DNA of 64,000 nt from positions 16,854 through 80,853 of the forward strand of contig JANYEI010000212.1 in assembly GCA_025363205.1 (NCBI GenBank), in the 5' to 3' direction. The stretch is from Frigoribacterium sp. (lineage in GTDB: Bacteria; Actinomycetota; Actinomycetes; Actinomycetales; Microbacteriaceae). A program made the translations under genes and the position numbers. This document shows positions 1-8,938 of this stretch, in pieces (the first letter of the stretch is position 1; each line of letters begins with the position of its first letter). The notes beneath the pieces are model-generated. The model made no database searches. It was given only the letters and a program-made list of their open reading frames with translations, and was not told the DNA's origin.

Positions 1-1
1 T

Positions 2-238
2 GCCGGGCTCGACGATCCCGAGGTGGTCCCGTTGGAAATCGCCACCCCGTTCGCCGATTTTGACGCCCTGTGGGCTCCGTTTACCGGCGGCCAGGGTGCC
101 GGGCCGAGCTACCTGGCGTCGCTCGATCCCGACAAACAGGCTGCGCTGAAGGAGAGTATGCGCGATCGAATCCAGACCGACACCGATGGCTCGATTTCTC
201 TGATCGCTCGCGCTTGGGCGATCCGGGCATCCCTGTAG
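2..238 (+). CDS. 3' fragment of a SAM-dependent methyltransferase-like gene (5' end outside window)
   Basis: Frame open from window edge to TAG 236-238. Tail ...FDALWAPFTGGQGAGPSYLASLD...ARAWAIRA resembles class I methyltransferase C-termini. Recognition only; no catalytic motif visible. Confidence 0.4.
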   Translation, partial: AGLDDPEVVPLEIATPFADFDALWAPFTGGQGAGPSYLASLDPDKQAALKESMRDRIQTDTDGSISLIARAWAIRASL

Positions 239-272
239 AACCTCGACCACACATCGAAGAGGACTCACGCAT

Positions 273-1445
273 CTACGAGCCGGCAAGCCAGAGGTCGGGT
301 CCGAACACTTCGTAGTGGATCTGCTCGGCCGGCACCCCGGATTTGAGCGCCTGCGCCCTGAGGCTGCGCATGAAGGGCAGTGGGCCACACAAATACATCG
401 ACGCGTTCTTGGGAATCACCACGCTGGCCAGAGATATGAAGCCGTCGTGCGCCTCGTCGCCGTCCCTCGGCACTTCCAACCAGAGTTCGAGTTCGGCAGC
501 TTCGAGCAGAGCGACATCCTCAAGCATCTGATCCCGCAATGCCCAGCGCTCGAGGGTGCTCTCGGCGTGAAGAACGAGCACCTCGCGGGTGGACCCCTGG
601 TCGGCGAGAGACCGCAGGATGGATGCGCTCGGCGTGCAGCCGATGCCGGCCGAGGCCAGCACGAGGGGATTGTCGCCCGCACTCAGGGTGATGTCCCCGC
701 AGGGGTTGGAGAGAATCAATTGATCCCCGATCTGCACGTCGCGGTGCAGGGCGGGGGAGACCTCGCCGTCCGCATCCAGCCTCGTCGTGAACACGCGGGT
801 GTCGGTGCCGGTGCTGGCAGACAGGGAATACTGGCGCACTTGATGGATGCCGTCGGGCATCCGTACGGTGACGCTCACGTATTGGCCGGGCAGTGACGGC
901 GTGACGGGAGTGTCGTCTGCCGGCTCCAACGTGAAGGTCACCGCGTCGGTTCCCGCGGCTTCCTTGCCCACCACGACCCAGGGTGCCAACGGGCGATCGC
1001 TTGCCGCAGCGGAATAGAGGCCGTTCTCGAGCTTGATCAGCGCGTGTGCCATCAGCCAATAGACCTCGGTCCAGGCATCGGCAATCTCGGAGGTGATCAC
1101 GTCGCTGAGTTCCTCGGCAATCGCCTCGAACAGGTATTGGTAGACCACGTTGTACTGCTCCGGGCGGATGTCGAGAGAGACATGCTTGTGCGCGATGCGG
1201 GAGAGCATGGTTTCGGGAATGGTCTCCGGATTGTTGACCAGGTGCGTTGCGAAGGCGGCGATGCTGCCGGCCAGCGCCTGCTGCTGGGAGCCGTTTTTCT
1301 GATTCGAGCGGCTGAATAGTCCGTCGAAGAGTTCGGGGTGGGCGGCGAACATGCGACCGTAAAAGTTTCGTGCGATCACGGGCATGCGCTCCCCGACGAG
1401 GGGGAGAGTTGCGGTGATCAGGGGGAGGGATTGTGCCGAGAGCAT
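273..1445 (-). CDS. hmp: Flavohemoprotein / nitric oxide dioxygenase
   Basis: 390 aa. N-terminal globin-like region, then a ferredoxin-reductase module (RQYSLS flavin motif, GIGCTP nucleotide motif). AAGGAG 6 nt before ATG. Lies directly downstream of an Rrf2 regulator. Confidence 0.9.
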   Translation of the reverse strand: MLSAQSLPLITATLPLVGERMPVIARNFYGRMFAAHPELFDGLFSRSNQKNGSQQQALAGSIAAFATHLVNNPETIPETMLSRIAHKHVSLDIRPEQYNVVYQYLFEAIAEELSDVITSEIADAWTEVYWLMAHALIKLENGLYSAAASDRPLAPWVVVGKEAAGTDAVTFTLEPADDTPVTPSLPGQYVSVTVRMPDGIHQVRQYSLSASTGTDTRVFTTRLDADGEVSPALHRDVQIGDQLILSNPCGDITLSAGDNPLVLASAGIGCTPSASILRSLADQGSTREVLVLHAESTLERWALRDQMLEDVALLEAAELELWLEVPRDGDEAHDGFISLASVVIPKNASMYLCGPLPFMRSLRAQALKSGVPAEQIHYEVFGPDLWLAGS

Positions 1446-1482
1446 GCTGACTCCTTTATAGTGCCGAGTGATCTCTTCAAAC

Positions 1483-1510
1483 TAGCATTTGATATGCCAG
1501 TTAAATGCAG
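1483..1510 (-). promoter_or_regulatory. Candidate NsrR operator / hmp promoter region (AT-rich imperfect palindrome)
   Basis: GCATTT (1485-1490) and AAATGC (1503-1508) are inverted, separated by 12 nt. They sit in an AT-rich island 38-65 nt upstream of the hmp ATG, between nsrR stop and hmp start. Confidence 0.3.
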
Positions 1511-1513
1511 AGG

Positions 1514-1939
1514 CTAGTAAAAGACCCGTGTCTCTGGTTGATTGTGCGGCTGACTGGCGATCACAACGGCGTCCAAATCGGAGTAAAACGCCTCCCGTGC
1601 CCGGCGCAATGCACCCCGCACCCCGCACCCGTCGAGCAGCGGACACGGGCCATTGGGGGTGATGCATGCGGCCAGATCGAGGCGAGTATCCAGTCGGCGC
1701 AGGAGCCAGCCGATCGTGGCCTTGCGCCCCTCGGCGCTGATCCGCACCCCGCCCGAACGCCCACGAGCAACCTCCACGAGCCCGAGTTCGCGCAGTCGGA
1801 TGATGGCCTTGCTCACGTGGTTGTAGGGTGTCGCGATGGCTTCTGATATTGCCCGGGACGTCATCAGCGCCGCCTCGGGTGAAGCCGCCAGCAGCATGAC
1901 TACGCGCAGGCAGACATCCGAAAACGCGTTGATCCTCAT
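1514..1939 (-). CDS. nsrR: Rrf2-family transcriptional regulator, NsrR-like
   Basis: MRINAFSDVCLRVVMLLA... N-terminal wHTH typical of Rrf2. Clustered Cys (CITPNGPCPLLDGC) fit Fe-S ligands. Start taken at ATG 1939; the track ORF extends to 2002. Sits upstream of hmp. Confidence 0.85.
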   Translation of the reverse strand: MRINAFSDVCLRVVMLLAASPEAALMTSRAISEAIATPYNHVSKAIIRLRELGLVEVARGRSGGVRISAEGRKATIGWLLRRLDTRLDLAACITPNGPCPLLDGCGVRGALRRAREAFYSDLDAVVIASQPHNQPETRVFY

Positions 1940-2084
1940 GTGACCACAGTAAGGGCGTGCTGGTCTCACAACGGTTCGTCGCCCGACCACGGTTGGGCGC
2001 ACCCGGGCATACCCGGGCGAACATTGGCACAGGCGCTAGGCTCCGACTGCGGTGTCGGTCGACCCCGGTCGGAGAGGAAAATCT

Positions 2085-2789
2085 ATGAGCGCTCGCTTCG
2101 AGGAACTGGACTTCCAGCCGACCAGCATGGGGGATCTCACCCTGCGGAGGAGAGTTGAATCCACCCTGGGCGTCGACGTGTTCGAGGTGAAACTGGGGGA
2201 GGAGTTCCTCATGTCCAGCCTGTTCACCGTGGCGGAGGAGGAGCTCGCGAATCTTGGCCTTGCGGCTGTGGAGACAACGGATCTCGATGTGCTGGTCGGC
2301 GGCCTCGGCCTCGGCTACACGGCGGTCGCGGCCCTCGCCGACCGCCGGGTGCGCTCGCTCGTCGTGATCGACACCCTTCCTGCCGTGATCGACTGGCATC
2401 TGCGCGGACTGCTTCCGGTCTCCGCGGCGCTTACGGAAGACCCGAGAACAGCGCTGGTGCTTGACGACTTCTTCGGTCTCATGCGTCGAGCTCCGGATAC
2501 GGCATCCGCTTCTTATGATGCGATCCTGCTGGATGTCGACCACTCGCCCCGCCACCAGCTCGACCCGAGTCATGCCGACCTGTATACCGTCGGCGGAATG
2601 CACGCGGTCTCGCTGCACCTGAAGCCGGACGGCGTCTTCGCGTTGTGGTCTGATGACCCACCCGACGATGAGTTTCTGGCGCGAGCATCGGGGGTATTCG
2701 CCGCTGTGCAGGCGCACGTCGTCGATTTCGATAACCCGCTCACGGGTGGGGTCTCATCCAATACCGTGTACGTCGCAACAATGTGCTGA
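2085..2789 (+). CDS. Spermidine synthase-like / class I SAM-dependent methyltransferase-fold protein
   Basis: VLVGGLGLGYT glycine-rich loop and YDAILLDVDHSP segment resemble aminopropyltransferase-like proteins. ATG 2085 is preceded by GGAGAGG; alternative GTG at 2052. Confidence 0.6.
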   Translation: MSARFEELDFQPTSMGDLTLRRRVESTLGVDVFEVKLGEEFLMSSLFTVAEEELANLGLAAVETTDLDVLVGGLGLGYTAVAALADRRVRSLVVIDTLPAVIDWHLRGLLPVSAALTEDPRTALVLDDFFGLMRRAPDTASASYDAILLDVDHSPRHQLDPSHADLYTVGGMHAVSLHLKPDGVFALWSDDPPDDEFLARASGVFAAVQAHVVDFDNPLTGGVSSNTVYVATMC

Positions 2790-2886
2790 ACCTCCCGATT
2801 CTCACCACAAACCGACGGGACTTTCGGCCCTCCGACAGGGGGACCATCGGCGTTGACTCAGGAATACACGACAGGAAGGTCATGCC

Positions 2887-3939
2887 ATGAAAGCCCTCGT
2901 CTACAAAGGTCCCGGCCAGAAAAGCTGGGAGGACGTTCCGGATCCGGTGATCCTCGCTCCGACCGATGTGATCGTCAAAATGGTGGCGACCACGATCTGT
3001 GGCACCGACCTTCACATCCTCAAAGGCGACGTGCCGGAGGTATCCGTCGGTCGGATTCTCGGTCACGAGGGAATCGGCGTGATCACCGAGATCGGTGACA
3101 GCGTGAGCCAGCTGGCCGTCGGAGACCGCGTGATCCTCGCCTGCGTCAGTTCCTGTGGCCAGTGCTCAAACTGTCGCAAAGGCCTGTACAGTCACTGCCT
3201 CAACCCGGAGGGAGTCGCGGGCATCGGGTGGATTTTCGGCTACATGATCGACGGCACCCAGGCCGAGTACGTGCGGGTGCCGTTCGCCGAGAATTCGGTG
3301 TACGAGGTGCCGGAAGGAGTCACTGATGCCGAGGGCATCCTGCTCTCCGACATCCTGCCGACGGGCTTCGAGATCGGTGTGCAATACGGCAAAGTGACAC
3401 CGGGAGACGTCGTCGCAGTGATCGGTGCAGGGCCGGTTGGCCTCTCCTCGGTAATGACCGCGCGGCTCTACGGCCCGTCCAAGATTATCGCGATTGATCT
3501 CGATAATGCTCGACTGGCTCGCGCAAAAGATTTTGGGGCGACCGACACCGTGAACTCGGGCGACACGGACTGGAAAGAACAGGTGCTCGCGCTCACCGAC
3601 GGGCTGGGAGTAGATGTCGCGATCGAGGCCGTCGGCGTGCCCGACACGTTCACCATGGCAACGGACATCGTGCGACCCGGCGGTCATGTCGCCAACATCG
3701 GAGTGCACGGCAAGCCCGTCGAGCTCGCGCTGAATGAACTGTGGATCAAAAACATAGATATTTCGATGGGTCTCGTGAACACGAACACACTGGGGATGTT
3801 GCTGAAACTCGTTGCGGAACACAAACTGCCCGCCGACAAGTTCGTGACTCACGAGTTCACCTTCGACCAGATGCTTGAGGCCTACGACGTCTTCGGCCAT
3901 GCGGCGGAACACGACGCGCTGAAGGTGCTGATCCACTGA
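2887..3939 (+). CDS. Zinc-dependent alcohol dehydrogenase family protein
   Basis: 350 aa. GHEGIG catalytic-zinc motif, structural-zinc Cys cluster CVSSCGQCSNCRKGLYSHC, Rossmann VIGAGPVGL. Confidence 0.9.
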   Translation: MKALVYKGPGQKSWEDVPDPVILAPTDVIVKMVATTICGTDLHILKGDVPEVSVGRILGHEGIGVITEIGDSVSQLAVGDRVILACVSSCGQCSNCRKGLYSHCLNPEGVAGIGWIFGYMIDGTQAEYVRVPFAENSVYEVPEGVTDAEGILLSDILPTGFEIGVQYGKVTPGDVVAVIGAGPVGLSSVMTARLYGPSKIIAIDLDNARLARAKDFGATDTVNSGDTDWKEQVLALTDGLGVDVAIEAVGVPDTFTMATDIVRPGGHVANIGVHGKPVELALNELWIKNIDISMGLVNTNTLGMLLKLVAEHKLPADKFVTHEFTFDQMLEAYDVFGHAAEHDALKVLIH

Positions 3940-3953
3940 TCAGAGGCGATGAC

Positions 3954-3996
3954 AGAGTGGGCCGGACTGTCACGCGGTGGCACGTCGGCCCACTCT
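3954..3996 (+). terminator. Hairpin downstream of the ADH gene (possible terminator)
   Basis: AGAGTGGGCCG (3954-3964) pairs perfectly with CGGCCCACTCT (3986-3996), 21-nt loop. A CTTTTTAC run follows about 13 nt later, which is not a tight U-tract. Confidence 0.4.
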
Positions 3997-4048
3997 CACG
4001 AGAATTCGCTTTTTACTTGTAGCGTCAAGCAATGACTAGACTGCGGGG

Positions 4049-4534
4049 ATGAATCATCCGCGCTGGCTGACACCGGAGCAACGGCACTCGTGGATTCGAT
4101 TCATCTCGGTGCTTGAGCTGCTTCCCGGGGTGCTCGATTCGCAGTTGCAGCACGATGCAGAGCTCACGCATTTCGAATACCTCACCCTTGCCAGGCTCTC
4201 GGAAGCGCCGGAGCGCACCCTGCGCATGACCGCCCTCTCTTCCGCCACAAATGCGAGTCTCGCGCGCCTGTCGCATGTGATCGCTCGGCTGGAGAAGCGC
4301 GGATTCGTCGCGCGTACCCCGTGCCCTGAAGACCGTCGCGCGACCAATGCTTCGCTCACCGAGGTGGGGTGGCAAAAAGTCGTCGAGACTGCGCCGGGTC
4401 ATGTCGCAACGGTGCGTGACTCCGTGATCGATGCGCTGGATGCGGCAGATGTTGCCGACCTCGACCGCATCATGGGGCGCATCCTCTCGAGACTTGATCC
4501 CACGAACCGACTGCGCAGCTGGGGCACCGAATAG
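4049..4534 (+). CDS. MarR-family transcriptional regulator
   Basis: 161 aa. Central wHTH pattern ...LTHFEYLTLARLSEAP...LRMTALSSATNASLARLSHVIARLEKRGFVAR...DRRATNASLTEVG typical of MarR. Confidence 0.85.
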   Translation: MNHPRWLTPEQRHSWIRFISVLELLPGVLDSQLQHDAELTHFEYLTLARLSEAPERTLRMTALSSATNASLARLSHVIARLEKRGFVARTPCPEDRRATNASLTEVGWQKVVETAPGHVATVRDSVIDALDAADVADLDRIMGRILSRLDPTNRLRSWGTE

Positions 4535-4742
4535 TTCGACGTCGCGGAAGATCCGCGATGTGAGGCGTGCAGTCAGGTGCAACCGGACCGGGGCGTACAC
4601 ACGGATGCACGGCGGGAGGCTCACGAAACGACGTTTCGTGCCCGAAAGTGCGCTGTGACCCGCCGTCGAGCCCCTTGCGTTTGCGGTCGGCCCGGGCCAC
4701 AGTCCACCGTGACCCCACCAGCGCTCGAGCGAGGAGAATCCG

Positions 4743-6155
4743 ATGGAAGACAGTTCAGAAGCAGGCCCCACAGTGTTCGTGTTGTTCGGAGCGACCGGCG
4801 ATCTCGCGAAGCGGATGGTAATCCCCGCATTTTTTGAGCTCGCCCAACACGACCTCCTGCCGAAGAAATGGCTTCTGGTGGGGAACGGCCGTGGCGACGT
4901 CTCGCACGAGCAATTTCGCGAGCACGTGAGCGAGGTTCTCACCGAGTTCGGTTCGAAGCCCGAGGAAGGCCCCTGGGAGGAGTTCAGCTCCCACCTGCGA
5001 TTCGCCGGCGGGGGTTTCCAGAAGTCTGATCCGGGATCCCTCCTCGATGTGCTCACTGATGCGAAGGACGAACTGGGAGATGACGTGCAGTTCATCCACT
5101 ATCTTGCGATTCCGCCGACTGCCTTCATCACGGTCACGGAGGGACTCGGGGAACACGATCTCGCCGAGGGTTCGCGCGTCGTCTACGAGAAACCCTTCGG
5201 CACATCCCCCGCGAACTTTCGGGAATTGGATGATGCGGTGCACCGAGTGCTCGAGGAGCACCAGGTCTTTCGCATTGACCACTTCCTCGGCAAAGAAGGA
5301 ACGCAGAATCTGCATGCGCTGCGCTTCGGCAACGGACTGTTCGATACGGCCTGGGATCGTGAGCACATTCGAGCGGTGCAAATCGACATTCCCGAGACTC
5401 TCGATATCGATGATCGGGCGGAGTTCTACGACGAGACCGGGGCGCTTCTCGACATGATCGTGACCCACCTGTTTCAGGTAGCCGCCGAGATTGCGATGGA
5501 ACCTCCGCTCTCGATGAAGCCCGACGATTTGCAGGCCGCCCGGGAGTCGGTGATCGCCGCGTTCCGGCCCCTGACGCGAGAGGATGTGGTGTTGGGCCAG
5601 TTTGAGGGCTACACCGATACCCCGGGAGTCGCAGCGGACTCGATCACCGACACCTTCGTCGCCGCTCGACTGTGGATCGACACCGATCGCTGGCGCGGCG
5701 TTCCGTTCCTCTTGCGCACGGGAAAGCAACTCGCCAAAGACGCCCAGCAGGTGAGCATCATCTTTCGCAAGCCGGCTGACGGACCGTTGAGTCACGACAC
5801 GCCGGTTGTCGGCAACGTACTCACCGTGACGCTCGCGGGCTCCGGCACGATTTATCTGCGTATGGTCGTGAAGGGACCCGGCGCGGGGTTCGAGCTTGCC
5901 ACCGGTACGACGGTGCTTCCGTTGTCCGAGGTGACCGATGCGGACCCGCTGCCGCCCTACGTCAAACTCATCAACGACGTAGTGCTTGGCGATCGCTCGT
6001 TATACACCCGCCCGGACGGCCTCGGTCACGCCTGGGAAGCGATCGCTCCGATTCTCGAGAACCCGCCAACGGTTCTTCCATACCCTCGAGGATCATGGGG
6101 ACCGGATGCCGCGACGAAGCTCGCGGAACCGGATGGCTGGCTCCTCGGGCAGTAG
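4743..6155 (+). CDS. zwf: Glucose-6-phosphate 1-dehydrogenase
   Basis: 470 aa. N-terminal FGATGDLAKR dinucleotide motif and the RIDHFLGKE active-site signature. Confidence 0.92.
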   Translation: MEDSSEAGPTVFVLFGATGDLAKRMVIPAFFELAQHDLLPKKWLLVGNGRGDVSHEQFREHVSEVLTEFGSKPEEGPWEEFSSHLRFAGGGFQKSDPGSLLDVLTDAKDELGDDVQFIHYLAIPPTAFITVTEGLGEHDLAEGSRVVYEKPFGTSPANFRELDDAVHRVLEEHQVFRIDHFLGKEGTQNLHALRFGNGLFDTAWDREHIRAVQIDIPETLDIDDRAEFYDETGALLDMIVTHLFQVAAEIAMEPPLSMKPDDLQAARESVIAAFRPLTREDVVLGQFEGYTDTPGVAADSITDTFVAARLWIDTDRWRGVPFLLRTGKQLAKDAQQVSIIFRKPADGPLSHDTPVVGNVLTVTLAGSGTIYLRMVVKGPGAGFELATGTTVLPLSEVTDADPLPPYVKLINDVVLGDRSLYTRPDGLGHAWEAIAPILENPPTVLPYPRGSWGPDAATKLAEPDGWLLGQ

Positions 6156-6173
6156 ACGCTCCCGCTATTTGCC

Positions 6174-6416
6174 CTACCCGCTCTGATTGCCGAGAGCGAT
6201 GGTGCCGGCGATGGCGATGAGTTCAGCCTCATCGACGGTGATACCCGCGTCGAAAAGTCGAACTCGCAACTGGGTGAGCAGGTCTTCCTGCGGTCGGAGG
6301 GTGAGATCCGCAGCGACCTGACGGGCGAGGCCGGCGATCTTCTGGTCGCGGGTCGCGTCGTCGCTTCCCTCTTGAACGGGTTCACTCAATTCTCCGGCGT
6401 CAGCCATGCGTTCCAC
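6174..6416 (-). CDS. Small acidic hypothetical protein
   Basis: 80-aa ORF on the same strand, 171 nt downstream of the GH18-like gene. No recognisable motif. Confidence 0.35.
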   Translation of the reverse strand: MERMADAGELSEPVQEGSDDATRDQKIAGLARQVAADLTLRPQEDLLTQLRVRLFDAGITVDEAELIAIAGTIALGNQSG

Positions 6417-6587
6417 TCCGTCTCGGATCGGTTCCAGCGTATCCGCACCGGTGTTGTTTTTCGCAGTGCGGCCCCCAGTGCGAACTCTTCGGCGGTGAAC
6501 TCTTTTTGGCTGCGTCCGCTAGGCGTTCGCCGAAGTGGGCGAGGTCGCGATTGGCCAGCCGGTTTTCGCCGGATTGCCCAAATCTGC

Positions 6588-7610
6588 TTACAGCGGGTCG
6601 GTCAGCGACAGTTCCCACACCGCGAGACCGTGCAGGTTGTGGCTGAGGGCGAGGGCTTTGCGCTGGGACAGAGAGCGGGAGTCGGACCACCAGACGACCG
6701 TGTCATCCGGAAGCGTCGCGGTCCATTCCGCCGCGGTCGGGTTCCAGCGGGCGAGGTCGCCGGCAAGAGTGCGGGAATCCTCAACGCTCAGCTGCTTGCC
6801 GTCCGAGCCGTTTCCGGGCCAGGAGTAGCCGTAGCCGGCCACACCCAAATCGATACGCGCAGAGGGAACGCCCGCGGCAATGAGGGCAGTGAGTGCGGTG
6901 GTGGCCCAAGGGAGCCCGCCGACCGGGCCGGGCTTCGACCAGGTGGGACCGTGTTGGTCGTAAGCCATCAGAACCACTCGGGAGAGAAGCGGCGTCAACC
7001 GCGCGAAGTCGTAGCCCGCACCGAGGTAACGGACCGGGGAGCTCTCGGCCGTCACGGCCATCGACACGGATTTCGGAGCGCCAAGCGACTCGTGCAGCTG
7101 GGTCGTGAACGCCACAAGGCCTGCACAGTCATTACGGGAAAGTGATTCGAGGCCGATTTGCACCCCGTCGAAGCCGGCGGCGGCAACCTGAGCGACGAGC
7201 TCGGCGATCACCGCGTTGCGGTGCTCGGGGTTCCCCAGCAGCGCGGCTGCGATCTTCGGTGAGAATGCGTTGGTTCCGGTGTCGGAATTGCTGACCAGAA
7301 GTTCGGCAGTGAGCCCGCGAGCATGGGCCGCCGCAACCAGCCGGGTTGCATTCTCCGGAAGCTTCGAGACGCTATCGCCGGTCGGGGAGACCACCACCCC
7401 ATCGATTCCGATTGTGGTGATGGCATGTGCGTCACGGTCGAGAGACGTGGCGTTCGCTGCGTCTGGCGCCACATAGAGCTCGGTCGGAATCGCCGGTGAG
7501 GCGGCCGTCGCAGTTGGCGTCGCGCGAGGTGCAGCGCTCGTTACCGCGCATCCAGTGATGAGAATAAGGCAGGCGATAAGGCCGAGCGAGGCGACAATTC
7601 GACTCTTCAC
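6588..7610 (-). CDS. Glycoside hydrolase family 18-like lipoprotein (YaaH/chitinase-like fold)
   Basis: Start taken at GTG 7610, giving VKSRIVASLGLIACLILITGC with lipobox LITGC; the track ORF extends to 7733. GH18-like strand GFDGVQIGLESL and overall TIM-barrel-like pattern. Confidence 0.65.
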   Translation of the reverse strand: MKSRIVASLGLIACLILITGCAVTSAAPRATPTATAASPAIPTELYVAPDAANATSLDRDAHAITTIGIDGVVVSPTGDSVSKLPENATRLVAAAHARGLTAELLVSNSDTGTNAFSPKIAAALLGNPEHRNAVIAELVAQVAAAGFDGVQIGLESLSRNDCAGLVAFTTQLHESLGAPKSVSMAVTAESSPVRYLGAGYDFARLTPLLSRVVLMAYDQHGPTWSKPGPVGGLPWATTALTALIAAGVPSARIDLGVAGYGYSWPGNGSDGKQLSVEDSRTLAGDLARWNPTAAEWTATLPDDTVVWWSDSRSLSQRKALALSHNLHGLAVWELSLTDPL

Positions 7611-7794
7611 ACCGACCCCGTTCGCTGTCAATCGACCCCTGCGGCCTCGGTCCACAGTAGACGGGTGCCCCGGCCAGAGCGAACTGACCGCAATGAGCAA
7701 AACCCAGCCCGCTCCAGCAGCGCCGGCCCGCACTATGCCCGATCACCGTGGAATGGGCGTTACGGACCCACGCTCCTAGACACGCGAATCGAAG

Positions 7795-8178
7795 TCATTC
7801 CTCAGCACCGCGACCGCGCAGTTTCTCGAGGTCGCGTCTCTCCCGTTTGGTAGGGCGGCCCGCTCCGCGGTCGCGCTGGATTACCGCGGCGACCTCTTCC
7901 TTTGGCGGGGGCGGCGGGGTGAGATCGACGAGACATTCGATGGCTACGGACGCACCCACGCGTTTGACAACGAGGCGCGCAACCCGAACTGTGCGTTCCA
8001 GGTCGGTGTTGCGCAGCCGTACCTCATCACCGATACGTACGGGCTGTGCGGCCTTGGCCCTCTCGCCGTTCACCTGCACATGGCCGGCGCGACAGGCCGC
8101 TGTTGCCGCAGACCTGGTCTTCGCCAGACGTACGGCCCAGATCCAACTGTCGACGCGCGCACTCGTCGGGGCTTCCAT
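7795..8178 (-). CDS. RNA-binding S4 domain protein (Hsp15/HslR-like)
   Basis: 127 aa. ARVDSWIWAVRLAKTRSAATAACRAGHVQVNGERAK matches the S4 alpha-L motif pattern. Basic C-terminal tail. Confidence 0.8.
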   Translation of the reverse strand: MEAPTSARVDSWIWAVRLAKTRSAATAACRAGHVQVNGERAKAAQPVRIGDEVRLRNTDLERTVRVARLVVKRVGASVAIECLVDLTPPPPPKEEVAAVIQRDRGAGRPTKRERRDLEKLRGRGAEE

Positions 8179-8215
8179 TGCTCGACTCTACGACCTTCGA
8201 AAAGCCGTCAGTTTC

Positions 8216-8665
8216 TCACGCGTGCAAGAGGGCACTTTTCCAACCGACGAGTCCGCGCACGATCCCGCTCGGGTCATCCGCAAGGCGCTGCATGACGTCT
8301 GTGGGCACGAAGAGATTGACGGCGAGGAATCCGCGCACCCGTTCCGACGGGTCATCCGCGAGCGAACGCAGCACATCGCGGGGAGCAGTCTCATTGCGCG
8401 CGACACACGCCCGCACGCCCTCGTCGGTGTCCTTCGCCAGTGTCACGAACACTTCTTCCGGGGTGTGGTGGCTGCTTGCTGCACTCTCTCGGATCTTGGG
8501 GTTGGTATCGGCTGCGAGCAGCCGAAGACGCCGGATCTTGCTCTCGGTCACCGGGGGAGCGGGATGCAGGCCGGCCACCTCCTTGCTCGTGAGCATCACC
8601 GGGCAATGGTCTCGCATGGCCTGGCGCTGGGCAGCTGTGTTGAAGCGGATGCACGACATGACCAC
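8216..8665 (-). CDS. Hypothetical protein with HEAT/LRV-like short repeats
   Basis: 149 aa. Repeated D..P.(I/V)R...A....TP..V...LA.D units (ADTNPKIRE, KDTDEGVRA, DDPSERVRG, DDPSGIVRG). Confidence 0.5.
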   Translation of the reverse strand: MVMSCIRFNTAAQRQAMRDHCPVMLTSKEVAGLHPAPPVTESKIRRLRLLAADTNPKIRESAASSHHTPEEVFVTLAKDTDEGVRACVARNETAPRDVLRSLADDPSERVRGFLAVNLFVPTDVMQRLADDPSGIVRGLVGWKSALLHA

Positions 8666-8938
8666 ACGTTACCTACAGCCTCCGTTATACATGTTGAGCC
8701 ACGTCGACAATCAGCGAATATCCGACCGATTCAGCCATGAGAAAGGCCAGGAACGCCACGCTCGGCCGGAGGTCGAGCACTTCCAGAGGAATACGACGTT
8801 CAGCGATGCCATGCGGCGCTTGCATATGGGCGCATGCTCATTGCCGCATGCTTGTGGCCGCCTTGGGGTTACGGCGTTGGGACTGCCGCGGTGGGCGCGG
8901 ATAGACTTTGGTTCGTGGAACCCCAGCAGAGCTACCAG

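Noticed and set aside
1483-1510. The octamer AAATGCAG is shared between the hmp-upstream palindrome and the arms of hairpin copies A and B, hinting that the hairpins are NsrR sites.
   Set aside because: Half-site orientation and spacing are completely different (12-nt versus 55-nt separation, opposite polarity). A single shared 8-mer is weak evidence. It is kept only as a note for anyone doing NsrR ChIP.
7748-8740. 330-aa + strand ORF spanning the S4-domain and LRV-like genes.
   Set aside because: Its composition is Arg/Ser-rich nonsense. It overlaps two minus-strand genes that have recognisable domains.
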